DNA from: an uncultured Candidatus Saccharibacteria bacterium
GTDB lineage: Bacteria; Patescibacteriota; Minisyncoccia; Minisyncoccales; PWPS01
NCBI GenBank assembly: GCA_964507105.1
Contig: CAZDOR010000002.1
Coordinates: 22,871 to 82,585 of the forward strand
Reading direction: 5' to 3'
Length of the DNA: 59,715 nucleotides
The position numbers were made by a program, and so were the translations under genes. Below the pieces are notes generated by a model. It searched no databases and was not told where the DNA came from. It saw nothing but the letters and a program-made list of their open reading frames with translations. Numbering within the stretch: the first letter of the stretch is position 1; each line of letters begins with the position of its first letter. This document shows positions 18,384-26,928 of this stretch, in pieces.

Positions 18384-18455
18384 AGCCGGAGGCGGGACTC
18401 GAACCCGCGACCTACTCTTTACGAGAGAGTCGCTCTTCCTCTGAGCTACTCCGGC
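18384..18455 (-). tRNA. tRNA-Thr(CGT), CCA not encoded
   Basis: GCCGGAG/CTCCGGC acceptor stem, ACTCT-CTCGTAA-AGAGT anticodon arm, GGTTCGAGTCC T-loop. Confidence 0.96.
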
Positions 18456-18457
18456 AA

Positions 18458-18826
18458 TCAATCGAAGGGGAAATAACTCCTGATTCTTTCCCAGCGCCCC
18501 TTTTCCTCTTTTTCTTCCTCTTTTTCTTCTTCTTCGTCTTCGGTGAGTATGATCACCTTTTCTTCTCCCGGTTTTTTCATCAAAAAATCTTCTCGGAGAA
18601 TTCTTTCTATATACTCGTCATCATCAACTTGTTCCAGGTTGGCCTTTAAACTTTCTCTTCTTTCTTCGAAGGCTTTCAATTCGGTCTCCAATTCGCTAAT
18701 CTTTTGTTTATTTCCTTCCCTCTCCTTGATTATCCTATAATTAAAGGAGGTGAATAAAAAAATCAAAACAATTACCAGGGCGAAAACCAGGTAATGGGGA
18801 AAATCATTTTTTCTTTTCCGAGCCAT
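18458..18826 (-). CDS. ftsB: Septum formation initiator (FtsB/DivIC family)
   Basis: TM + coiled coil + YIERILREDF.MKKPGE.V. Confidence 0.85.
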   Translation of the reverse strand: MARKRKNDFPHYLVFALVIVLIFLFTSFNYRIIKEREGNKQKISELETELKAFEERRESLKANLEQVDDDEYIERILREDFLMKKPGEEKVIILTEDEEEEKEEEKEEKGRWERIRSYFPFD

Positions 18827-18835
18827 AACTAATTA

Positions 18836-18864
18836 ATTATAACTTTAAAAGAAAAATCCATCAA
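18836..18864 (-). promoter_or_regulatory. Putative sigma70 promoter for ftsB/tRNA-Thr
   Basis: TTGATG-17 bp-TATAAT. Confidence 0.5.
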
Positions 18865-20633
18865 TCGTTATCCTTAAAAACTTTGAAAAATACCTCCTGC
18901 GGAACGTCAACGGAGCCCTCTTTTCTCATTCTCTTTTTACCTTCTTTTTGCTTTTCCAGCAACTTATCTTTTCTGGTTCTGTCACCTCCGTAGAGATCAC
19001 CGGTCACGTCTTTTCTCATCGCTTTTATCGTTTCTCGAGCAACTATCCTTCCATCCACCTTGGCCTGTATGGGAACGGGAAACTGTTGCTGAGGAAGAAG
19101 GTCTTTTAGTTTTTCGGTCATTTTTCTCCCTTCCCCCTCCGCTTCATCCCTGGAAACTATTTTGGAGAAAGCTTCTTCGACCTCTTTATTTAAAAGTATC
19201 TCCATTTTTGTCAAATCACCTTCTCTATACTCAACAACCTCATATCCGAAAGAAGCATACCCTCTGGTTGCACTTTTTAAGTTATCATAAAATCCGGTAA
19301 TCACTTTTCTGAACGGTGCCTCGTAATTAATTACCATACGCTTGGAAGAAGCAAAAAAATCGGTGTCCAGAAAATTACCTTTGAGCCGACTTAAAACTTC
19401 ATTAACTCCCCCGATGTATTCTTGGGGAGTTACTATTTCCAAAAGAGCCCAGGGTTCGAACACCTTTTCAATTTGATTTCTATCCGGAAAATCAGATGCG
19501 GTCTTGACTTCGATTCTCTGTCCGTCCGTTTTCTCCACCTCGTAAGATACGGAAGGAGTCGATATTATCAGATCCAGATCATGCTCCTTTTTTAGTCTCT
19601 GTGATATTATCTCCACATGTAGAGAACCCAAAAATCCACATCGAAATCCTCTCCCGAAAACCTGTTTGAATTCAGGGGTGAAAGTAAATGCCGGATCGGA
19701 AAGCCTAACCTCTTCGAGCGCCTTTTTGAACTCCGGAAACTGACGGGAATTCTTGGGATAAAAAGATGTAAAAACGACCGGCTTGGGTTCCCTGTATCCG
19801 GGAAGTCCCTCTACTCGAGTTCCCGCTTTTTTGATAGTGTCTCCAACTCTGACTTTATCCACATTTTTAATTCCGGTAGCCACATATCCTATTTCGCCGG
19901 CAGATAACTTTTCGGTCGGTTGAAGGCGAGGATTGAAGAAGCCGACCTCTTTGACTTCCCCGTCCTCATCCACGGCCACCAATTTGATATTCTCACCCTT
20001 CTCTATTGAACCTCGAAAAACTCTGATGAAAGCTATTACCCCTTTGTACGGATCCCGCTCGAAGTCAAAAATAAGAGATTTGAATTCACCTTCTTCTTTT
20101 CCGGGAGACGGTATTTTTTCGACTATCCGATCCAATAACTTCTCCACGTTGGTTCCTTCTTTAGCCGAAATCTTTAATATTTCGCCCCTTTCCACATCGG
20201 TTATGGACATTATTTCCTCGGCCGTTTCTTCTATTCTGGCACTGGAAAGATCAATTTTATTCACTACGGGAATTATCTTCAAATCATGCTTTTTCGCCAT
20301 ATCCAAAGTGGTGATGGTTTGAGCTTGAACTCCCTTCGTGGCATCGACCAAAAGAATCACCCCTTCGACCGCCTTCAGGGATCGGGAAACTTCATAGGAA
20401 AAATCGATGTGGCCGGGAGTATCTATCATATTTAAAATAGAGTCCTCCCATTTCATCCTGGCCGGTTGCAATTTAATGGTTATTCCTCTTTCTTTTTCCA
20501 ATTCCATATTATCCAAAAATCTATCCTCCATATCTCTTCCCGATACGGTTTCCGTAAGTTCCAAAAACCGATCGGCCAACGTCGATTTTCCGTGATCAAT
20601 ATGTGATATTATTGAAAAATTCCTAATTTTCAT
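18861..20633 (-). CDS. lepA: Elongation factor 4 LepA
   Basis: HIDHGKSTLADR, DTPGH, NKID, C-terminal GGD.TRK.KLLEKQK.GKKRM. Confidence 0.97.
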   Translation of the reverse strand: MKIRNFSIISHIDHGKSTLADRFLELTETVSGRDMEDRFLDNMELEKERGITIKLQPARMKWEDSILNMIDTPGHIDFSYEVSRSLKAVEGVILLVDATKGVQAQTITTLDMAKKHDLKIIPVVNKIDLSSARIEETAEEIMSITDVERGEILKISAKEGTNVEKLLDRIVEKIPSPGKEEGEFKSLIFDFERDPYKGVIAFIRVFRGSIEKGENIKLVAVDEDGEVKEVGFFNPRLQPTEKLSAGEIGYVATGIKNVDKVRVGDTIKKAGTRVEGLPGYREPKPVVFTSFYPKNSRQFPEFKKALEEVRLSDPAFTFTPEFKQVFGRGFRCGFLGSLHVEIISQRLKKEHDLDLIISTPSVSYEVEKTDGQRIEVKTASDFPDRNQIEKVFEPWALLEIVTPQEYIGGVNEVLSRLKGNFLDTDFFASSKRMVINYEAPFRKVITGFYDNLKSATRGYASFGYEVVEYREGDLTKMEILLNKEVEEAFSKIVSRDEAEGEGRKMTEKLKDLLPQQQFPVPIQAKVDGRIVARETIKAMRKDVTGDLYGGDRTRKDKLLEKQKEGKKRMRKEGSVDVPQEVFFKVFKDND

Positions 20634-22251
20634 AAAACCTGTTAACTATTGCTTTCAATTCCGGAGACCCGAAAATGTAAGCCGCTAAAAGATAAATCGC
20701 TCCGCTGATGGCGGTAACCACCGTCGCCTGAAAAAAAACTCCGAAAAAAGTATCCAAGGGAATATACGAAACCACAATCCGTAAAGTCAAAAAAGCTGTC
20801 ACTGCCATTATTGTCGAAGCCCCCAAAATTCTTATTACGGAATCAAAAATTTCTTTCCCTTTCAATCCCCCTATTCTGTTTTTTAAAATCCAATACAGGG
20901 CCACCAACTGACCGACTATTGAAAAGAAGAAAGCTAACGGAAAAGCAAGGACTTCTATCGTTTCCAGGCTTTCCAGACGCAAAAAATAAACCAGCCCGCT
21001 ACGGACCGAACTCGGACTGCGAAGTAAAAACACGAAACTTATTACTAATATCACATTCAGTAAAACACCCCCTATCGATACATAGACCGGCGTTTTGGTG
21101 TCTTGAAATGCAAAATAAGCCCTTATCAAAAGGTGGGTTAAAGCATTTGCAAAAAGTGAAAATGCAAAAATACCTAAAGAAGCTGCAGTAAGTCTTGTAT
21201 CGGTCCAATCGAACCTACCGGTTCCCAATACCAACCTCACCACTTGACCCCTCAATATGAAGGTCAAAAAGCTTATCGGAATTATGGCAAAAAGTATTTT
21301 TCTCGTCGAATTAGAAAAATTATCCAAAAATTCAACCTTTTCTCCATTCGCCAAGTTCTTTGAAAATCTGGGGAAGGCCGCTACGGCAAAAGACACTCCG
21401 ATGACTCTGACGGGAAAAGCTTGCAGGTGATCAGCAAAATTGAATATTGAAAGACTGCCGGCGGCCAAAGTCGATGCAATAGCAGTAATTATAACCATAT
21501 TTATCTGAGTCGAGGCTTGACCGATCATGCGAGGAATAATCAATTTAGCTATTCTTCTCAGTTTTTCGCTGGATAAGTTTAAAGTCAGTTCGTAATTGAA
21601 GCCCGTCATTCCGATAGCCGGAACCTGAATCAACATATGAGCCAAAGCTCCCAAAACGACACCGAAAGCCAGTCCGAAAAGATCAAAAATCGGAACTAAA
21701 AAAACTATACCGAAAATAATTCCCAAATTATACAGAACCGGCGCAAGTGCATAGGTTAAAAAACGATCAAAATATTTCAAAACGCCGGAAAAAAGACTTG
21801 AAACTCCCAAAAATATAGGGCTAAAAAGCATCACCCTGGTCAACATTACGGTCCACTCCTTCTGAGTGCTACCGAAGCCGGGCGCTATCATTCGGACGAC
21901 AACCGGCGCAAGTAAAAAAAGTAAAAGTGATAAAAGAGAAAGAGCGATCAATAAAAAGTTAAGTAAATTATTAACCAACTCCCATCCTTCATCTTCTTCA
22001 TCTTCAAAAGTTTCCGAAAAGACGGGTAAAAAGGCGGCTACCAGGCCGCCCGTAATGAGAACTCCGTAGATAAAATTAGGAATACGAAAAGCGGCAAAAT
22101 AAATATCCAACTCCGATCCGGCACCGAAAGTTCCGGCCAAAAGTCTGTCCCTAACAAGTCCCAAAAGAGCACTCGCGGTGCTGGAAACCGCCAATATGAC
22201 CGCTGAAAAAGTAATGGTTTTCGATTTCGCTCCGAAAATAAAACTGAACAT
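20623..22251 (-). CDS. murJ: Lipid II flippase MurJ
   Basis: LGLVRDRLLAGTFGAG..LD.YFAAFRIPN; YFAFQDTKTP; multiple TMs. Confidence 0.95.
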   Translation of the reverse strand: MFSFIFGAKSKTITFSAVILAVSSTASALLGLVRDRLLAGTFGAGSELDIYFAAFRIPNFIYGVLITGGLVAAFLPVFSETFEDEEDEGWELVNNLLNFLLIALSLLSLLLFLLAPVVVRMIAPGFGSTQKEWTVMLTRVMLFSPIFLGVSSLFSGVLKYFDRFLTYALAPVLYNLGIIFGIVFLVPIFDLFGLAFGVVLGALAHMLIQVPAIGMTGFNYELTLNLSSEKLRRIAKLIIPRMIGQASTQINMVIITAIASTLAAGSLSIFNFADHLQAFPVRVIGVSFAVAAFPRFSKNLANGEKVEFLDNFSNSTRKILFAIIPISFLTFILRGQVVRLVLGTGRFDWTDTRLTAASLGIFAFSLFANALTHLLIRAYFAFQDTKTPVYVSIGGVLLNVILVISFVFLLRSPSSVRSGLVYFLRLESLETIEVLAFPLAFFFSIVGQLVALYWILKNRIGGLKGKEIFDSVIRILGASTIMAVTAFLTLRIVVSYIPLDTFFGVFFQATVVTAISGAIYLLAAYIFGSPELKAIVNRFYEN

Positions 22252-22274
22252 GTCCTTTGTTTGGAAATAAAAAA

Positions 22275-22583
22275 CCCAAGCAGGAAATAAGCCGAGTTCT
22301 GTCTAAGGGCAATCATTTATCTGGGCTTCGAGTTACCCCGAAGCTCGAGCGGGCTACCAAAGTTTGCCCTTTCATTCAGGTAGGGATTTAGCCGTTTCAT
22401 GCTCACCTTTCGATGAGCTTAATCCCTAAGGATTTCTCAAACCTTTCGGCTGAGACGTTTCTGTTCGCACCCCGCGCCTTGCGACGGATGGGTATTACCC
22501 ACTACCCTTGTCCCGAAACTCGAGACGGAAAATGCTCGGACTTTCCTCTCCGTAAAACGGAGCGATCACCTATCCTGCTTGGG
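22275..22583 (-). ncRNA. rnpB: RNase P RNA (about 309 nt)
   Basis: GAGGAAAGTCCGAGC...ACAGAACTCGGCTTA P4 motifs with a compensatory change; 11-bp P1 CCCAAGCAGGA/TCCTGCTTGGG. Confidence 0.96.
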
Positions 22584-22641
22584 TCTACCCATAATGGTAC
22601 AAAAAAACACCTTTTTTGTCAACTAAAATGAACTTGGGAAT

Positions 22642-22670
22642 TTGACAAAATTAACGAAATGGATTATTAT
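22642..22670 (+). promoter_or_regulatory. Near-consensus sigma70 promoter divergent from rnpB
   Basis: TTGACA-17 bp-TATTAT. Confidence 0.7.
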
Positions 22671-22695
22671 GGCTACCGCAAAGGGGGTGATCGAT

Positions 22696-22800
22696 TTGAC
22701 AAAGAGGATTATTGAAAGAAGAAAAGAAAAACAAAGAAAAACCGTAGCACCCGGAAAATATACGATAATCATCAAGAAAAAAGAACTGAAAAACAAGTAA
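22696..22800 (+). CDS. Putative 34-aa basic microprotein (or a short non-coding transcript)
   Basis: SD AAGGGGGTGA, TTG start; MTKRIIERRKEKQRKTVAPGKYTIIIKKKELKNK; bracketed by a promoter and a terminator. Confidence 0.55.
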   Translation: MTKRIIERRKEKQRKTVAPGKYTIIIKKKELKNK

Positions 22801-22808
22801 AACAACCG

Positions 22809-22834
22809 CGCAGCCGAAACCGGCTGCGTTTTTT
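22809..22834 (+). terminator. Intrinsic terminator (plus strand; also faces the convergent gene at 22841)
   Basis: CGCAGCCG-AAAC-CGGCTGCG-T6. Confidence 0.85.
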
Positions 22835-22840
22835 ATTTTA

Positions 22841-23155
22841 TCAACTGACAGATAATCCGTTCTCAACTTCGTCATCCACGGTAACCAGCCGAGCTCGTTT
22901 TCCGGCCGCCAAAACCATTCCCTCCGATTTCTTTCCGAACATCTCCTTGGGCTCCAAATTAGCTACTAAGATCACTTTTTCTCCTTTCAGTTCCTCTTTT
23001 TCATAAAAATCTTTCAAACCGGCTAAGACTTGTCTTTTTTCACTTCCCAAATCGACAATTAGCTCATATAAATTGTCCGCTCCGTCTAAATCACTTACTT
23101 TTTTAATTTCCCCCACTCTTAAATCGATTTTTTTAAAGTCTTGAAAACTTATCAT
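22841..23155 (-). CDS. Stand-alone tRNA-binding OB-fold protein (MetRS C-terminal/Trbp111/CsaA family)
   Basis: DF.KIDLRVGEI, ADNLY.L.VDLG, VANLEP, SEGMVLAA. Confidence 0.9.
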   Translation of the reverse strand: MISFQDFKKIDLRVGEIKKVSDLDGADNLYELIVDLGSEKRQVLAGLKDFYEKEELKGEKVILVANLEPKEMFGKKSEGMVLAAGKRARLVTVDDEVENGLSVS

Positions 23156-23168
23156 GAATATTAAAAAA

Positions 23169-23357
23169 TTAATGGGTTTCTATAAATCGTTCGATTGATC
23201 TATCATAACTTTTTTCAACTTCTTCAGAAAAATAACAAGCGGGAAGCTCCCCTTTTTTTCTGTGATGAGTTATACAATCACAGCAAACACCTTTTCTGGG
23301 ACACCCCGAATAAGTACAATTACACTCTTTTGAATTTTTTTCTTTTTTACACTTCAT
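23169..23357 (-). CDS. Small Cys-rich conserved protein (DUF6485-like)
   Basis: [25 protein letters not shown]...E.SYDRS. Confidence 0.75.
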   Translation of the reverse strand: MKCKKEKNSKECNCTYSGCPRKGVCCDCITHHRKKGELPACYFSEEVEKSYDRSIERFIETH

Positions 23358-24085
23358 TTTGACTTCTTTATTTTATAAAAGCCCACCGAATCATAATCCG
23401 AAGTTTGCAAATAGTTTAAAAAATCTTCTCGATAAACCTTCCCCCGGTTCGGGGAGGCATGAACCAACTCTTTTTTATCGAGAACGAATCCTTCGTGGTT
23501 TATATCCAAACCGATTTCTTCATTTTCATCCCTCATAAACATAACCCCGACTACCTCGGGCAAGCTGTCAACGACTTCCGGTACATTTTCAGTCCTAACT
23601 TCGTCAATCGTCAAATTTTCTTTCCAGTCGATATCTATAATCCTATCCTTATTTAAGGATACTTCTTTTTGATTTAGATAATTACCGGCCACGTCGGCAG
23701 TAATATCCGTGAAATAATCGTTGACTTTGTTTCTGTAAGTTGAGAAATGCAATCTGGTTTCGTAACTCACCTTTCCGGGCGGGTCATAATTGATATCCTT
23801 AATTTTCTCCTCCGGATTTTCACTATGCAAATTGGCAACAGCCACAAGAACAAAAGTTGTGCAATCAAAAACATCTTCCCTATAGATATTCTCTTCTTCG
23901 TCCAGGGGCCCCAACTCGTAAGGCTTACCGGTGAAATCATCGATTATATTCCTCAATTTATCATTACTTTCAGGATGAGTTTGCTTCTCTTCTACAACCG
24001 GTGGATCCCCGGCGTCTTCCCGAAAAATGAAAAACCCGGCAAATAAGACAAGAAGAAAAACCGAGACAATTATTTTTTTACTCAT
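23354..24085 (-). CDS. DUF1460 / NlpC-P60-like N-acetylmuramoyl-L-alanine amidase, catalytic residues intact
   Basis: N-terminal anchor; FDCTTFV (Cys), RLHF, INHEG (His), LVHAS. Confidence 0.82.
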   Translation of the reverse strand: MSKKIIVSVFLLVLFAGFFIFREDAGDPPVVEEKQTHPESNDKLRNIIDDFTGKPYELGPLDEEENIYREDVFDCTTFVLVAVANLHSENPEEKIKDINYDPPGKVSYETRLHFSTYRNKVNDYFTDITADVAGNYLNQKEVSLNKDRIIDIDWKENLTIDEVRTENVPEVVDSLPEVVGVMFMRDENEEIGLDINHEGFVLDKKELVHASPNRGKVYREDFLNYLQTSDYDSVGFYKIKKSK

Positions 24086-24875
24086 TTATTTTAAAGAAAT
24101 TAACCGCATCGTAATCTTGATCTTCAAGAAAATCCAAAATACTTTCTTCTATAACTTCACCTTCCGAGGAGGACGAACGGATAAGCCTGTCGCCGTCTAT
24201 AAGCAACCCTTCCCCTCTTACATCCAAACCGATATCTTCATCGCCGTCCACAATAAAGGTGATTCCGGCAACTTCGGGAAGTTCCGGAATAACTTCGGTC
24301 AAATCATTCAGGTCAACATAATGTAGCTCAATCTCTTCTTCCCAATCGATATCCAGAAGCCTTCCATCCTCACCATCCTTGTTGAGCGTAATCATCTTTG
24401 ACTGAGCTAAATCTTCTGCCACTTCCAAGGTTATGTCAGTAAAATACTCACTAATCCTATTTCTATAAGTTGAAAAGTGTAATCTGGTTTCGTAACTAAC
24501 TTCGCCCGGCGGATAATAGTGAATTTCTTCCATTCCCTTCTCCGGGTCGTCGGGAAAATGATAATCCGCGGCAGAAATCAATACCAGAGTTGTAGAATTG
24601 AAGGCCTCGTTGTTATAAACATTTTCATCGTCGTCCAAGGGGTCACTGTCATGAGGCGATCCGATATAATCCGAGACAATTTCTCTGAGCACGGGGTCGA
24701 CTTCTTCGTCTTCCTCCTCATCTTCTTCTTCCGGGTCGCCATTTACCTCCTCAATCACGTCATTTCCATTAGAATCGTCGATTACCATTTCCGACCCGGG
24801 ACCGACGAATATGTAGCCCAAAACGAAGATGACAACTGCGACTAATATGGCAATTATTATATCTTTGGTTTCCAT
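24078..24875 (-). CDS. DUF1460 paralog, predicted catalytically inactive
   Basis: Aligns with 23354..24085 ([20 protein letters not shown]) but has FNSTTLV, VRGEG, LIRSS. Confidence 0.8.
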   Translation of the reverse strand: METKDIIIAILVAVVIFVLGYIFVGPGSEMVIDDSNGNDVIEEVNGDPEEEDEEEDEEVDPVLREIVSDYIGSPHDSDPLDDDENVYNNEAFNSTTLVLISAADYHFPDDPEKGMEEIHYYPPGEVSYETRLHFSTYRNRISEYFTDITLEVAEDLAQSKMITLNKDGEDGRLLDIDWEEEIELHYVDLNDLTEVIPELPEVAGITFIVDGDEDIGLDVRGEGLLIDGDRLIRSSSSEGEVIEESILDFLEDQDYDAVNFFKINE

Positions 24876-24917
24876 ATTTTGACTTTTTATTAAAAAAAAT
24901 GAATAATTGGAAAGAGA

Positions 24918-25160
24918 TTAACTCCCCGGAGAAGAAACTATAAGTAGATAACTTTCTCCACCGAACGGGTCCACCTCTTCCAGTAATGGATCAATAAGTT
25001 TCGATAGTCGAGCACAATCATCAACATCAACCGAATCCTCCTTGTCCACGATTACTTCTATCGCTTTTTTTCCGTCCATTCTTTTCAAGCGAACGGAGTC
25101 GAAAATTAAACCTTCTTTTTCAACTATCGGTGAAATTATTTTTTCTAATTCCTTTTTCAT
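24918..25160 (-). CDS. rimP: RimP-like protein, N-terminal domain only (80 aa)
   Basis: IEVIVDK...V.VDDCA.LSK.I..LL...DP....Y.L.VSSPG then stop. Confidence 0.75.
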   Translation of the reverse strand: MKKELEKIISPIVEKEGLIFDSVRLKRMDGKKAIEVIVDKEDSVDVDDCARLSKLIDPLLEEVDPFGGESYLLIVSSPGS

Positions 25161-25175
25161 CTCTTTAATTCTAAC

Positions 25176-25889
25176 ATGTTTCAAAAAATTATAAAAAAAA
25201 TAGGAAAGATTGGAACTGCTATCTTTAGAGTTGTTAAAAAAATATATCTTCTCGCCAAGCCGGCAATCAAAAATATGGACGAGGAAGAAAAAATTATTTT
25301 GGGAACATCAATAGGTGTCCTCTTTTTGGGTTTTTTAATATACACTACATGGCAAATGAGGCTGCCGGACGAAGAAAGCGGTCCTACTACGAACGAACAG
25401 GTCGAAGAAGAAATCGACGAAGAAGAAAGTGAAGATGAAGAAGAATCCTTCGTCAATGAAATTCACGGTTATGAAATTATCGGCTTATCGGACGATGTCG
25501 ATGAACCGGAAGAAGTGACTTTATTCGGATTTCGAAAAAATTCGGATTTCAGTTTTGAGTACAAAAATGTCGTCCACTCGGTTTTCGATAATCCGGAACA
25601 CTTGAATGCCGAAGAATGGGTAATCTCACAAATAAACAACTTCGGACCGAGTGATTACCCTCTGGAAGAACAAAAAACTTTTCTGGGAATAAACTCCTTT
25701 CGAGAAAAAGAAACCCCAATCGGAGCTGCTGTGGAAATAATCACAGCTAACGAAAAAGAGTCCAGTGAGTTGATAGTCGACAAAGAAGAATACGTTCTAT
25801 CTTTTCGTTTCGACTATGAAACATCTCGAGAATTGAGGGAAAGAGAAGAGATCAGAGATGAGTTGGTCGAAAATTTAAAAGTAAGATAA
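25176..25889 (+). CDS. Membrane-anchored acidic hypothetical protein
   Basis: One TM at aa ~40-58, acidic linker, beta-rich exported domain; followed by a terminator; start could be the later MDEEEK. Confidence 0.75.
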   Translation: MFQKIIKKIGKIGTAIFRVVKKIYLLAKPAIKNMDEEEKIILGTSIGVLFLGFLIYTTWQMRLPDEESGPTTNEQVEEEIDEEESEDEEESFVNEIHGYEIIGLSDDVDEPEEVTLFGFRKNSDFSFEYKNVVHSVFDNPEHLNAEEWVISQINNFGPSDYPLEEQKTFLGINSFREKETPIGAAVEIITANEKESSELIVDKEEYVLSFRFDYETSRELREREEIRDELVENLKVR

Positions 25890-25910
25890 TTCTCAAAATA
25901 CATAAAATAA

Positions 25911-25937
25911 GGAGAGGTTTTCACCTCTCCTCTTTTT
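25911..25937. terminator. Bidirectional terminator between convergent genes
   Basis: GGAGAGGT-TTTC-ACCTCTCC with A-rich and T-rich flanks. Confidence 0.8.
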
Positions 25938-25957
25938 ATGTGTCACCGCTTACTGCG

Positions 25958-26422
25958 TCAATTAATTATATCTAAAATTTCTACTGAATAAGTTCGTCCG
26001 TTAACCCGATAGTCAACCTTTTCTCCCGGTCCCCTACCTTTGATGCTCCTTCCGAGAGGAGTGTTTTCGGAAATGACATTATGTTCCGGATCATTGACCC
26101 CCAACAAATATTCGACCTCTTGTTTTTCTTCAGGAAAATAAAGTAAAACCCGAGAACCGACAACTACTTTATCTTCGGGCAACCCCTCTTTGTCGATAAT
26201 TGTCGCATTTTCCAAATCGGATTCGATTTTTTTAATTTCCCTGTCGATTTCATTCATTCTTCTTATTAAATGCCTCAATCCGTTATTACAACTGTCCGTT
26301 TTCATTCGCTCCTTTCCGGCCTTTCGAGAGAGCTTCTTTTTCTTCTTTTTCAACCTTGTCAATTTTTTCCGACACTTCTTTTCCCCCCATCGAGTAAGAT
26401 AACATCCGTCACCTGATTTCAA
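25958..26422 (-). CDS. GreA/GreB-family protein with a degenerate acidic tip
   Basis: YLT..G...coiled coil; C-domain V.VGS.V, LL.V...., IS..TPLGRSI.G...GE.V; tip KTDSCNNGL instead of GDLSENAEY; SD AAGGAGG, TTG start. Confidence 0.8.
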   Translation of the reverse strand: MKSGDGCYLTRWGEKKCRKKLTRLKKKKKKLSRKAGKERMKTDSCNNGLRHLIRRMNEIDREIKKIESDLENATIIDKEGLPEDKVVVGSRVLLYFPEEKQEVEYLLGVNDPEHNVISENTPLGRSIKGRGPGEKVDYRVNGRTYSVEILDIIN

Positions 26423-26460
26423 ATTAATCCCTCCTTAAAATTATTAGTAAGCGGTTTTTA

Positions 26461-26488
26461 ATTATAGCCTAAAATAATAAAAAGTCAA
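26461..26488 (-). promoter_or_regulatory. Putative sigma70 promoter of the Gre-like gene
   Basis: TTGACT-16 bp-TATAAT. Confidence 0.55.
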
Positions 26489-26928
26489 TCGGAAGAATCT
26501 TTCCCTTCTTTCTGATCCAACTCTCGATTAACCAACTTATCTGCATCCTTGTTATAATTTCTTCCCACATGCCTTAATTTGACCTTCTTAAAATCCAAAG
26601 TTAAATTTCTAAGCTCTACGAATAATTTTTGAAGCTTCTCGTTTTTTATTTTATACTCTCCAATGAATTGTTTATAAAGAAGCTCGGAGTCGGTTCTTAT
26701 TTCCACCTCCGTTTTTTTTGCCAGCTTGTTTCCGAAGCGGGATTTGAATTTCTTCAGCCCTAAAATTGCCGCCTTGTACTCTGCTACATTATTGGTTATA
26801 TTGTCTCCGAGGTATTCCGAATGCTGCTCTATAATCTTCTTTTTTCCGTTACAAAAAACAATCCCCGCAGCAGCCGGACCCGGATTTCCCCTGGCCCCCC
26901 CGTCGGTATATATTACTATTTTTTTCAT
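26485..26928 (-). CDS. rnhA: Ribonuclease HI (archaeal/RNase HI-like type)
   Basis: YTDGGARGNPG, TNNVAEY, TDSEL, HV.R..N..AD. Confidence 0.9.
   Translation of the reverse strand: MKKIVIYTDGGARGNPGPAAAGIVFCNGKKKIIEQHSEYLGDNITNNVAEYKAAILGLKKFKSRFGNKLAKKTEVEIRTDSELLYKQFIGEYKIKNEKLQKLFVELRNLTLDFKKVKLRHVGRNYNKDADKLVNRELDQKEGKDSSD

Noticed and set aside
18384-18455. tRNA-Thr as an integration site; missing CCA
   Set aside because: No duplicated tRNA 3' end or integrase seen in the window; a non-encoded CCA is common.
17260-20633. Alternative genetic code (TGA=Gly as in Gracilibacteria/Absconditabacteria)
   Set aside because: lepA and ftsB end at TGA at the expected lengths, RF2 with its TGA frameshift is present, and all core genes are intact under code 11.
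22623-22875. Minus-strand ORFs 22623..22805 and 22651..22875
   Set aside because: They cross a hairpin and lack an RBS; promoter, SD and terminator polarity all favour the plus-strand unit 22642-22834.
24880-24935. rimP as a frameshifted pseudogene
   Set aside because: Neither alternative frame after SSPG yields RimP C-domain-like sequence, and only ~40 bp separate it from the next gene.
25160-25184. Head-to-head overlap of rimP and the plus-strand gene
   Set aside because: The overlap disappears when rimP starts at the ATG at 25160.
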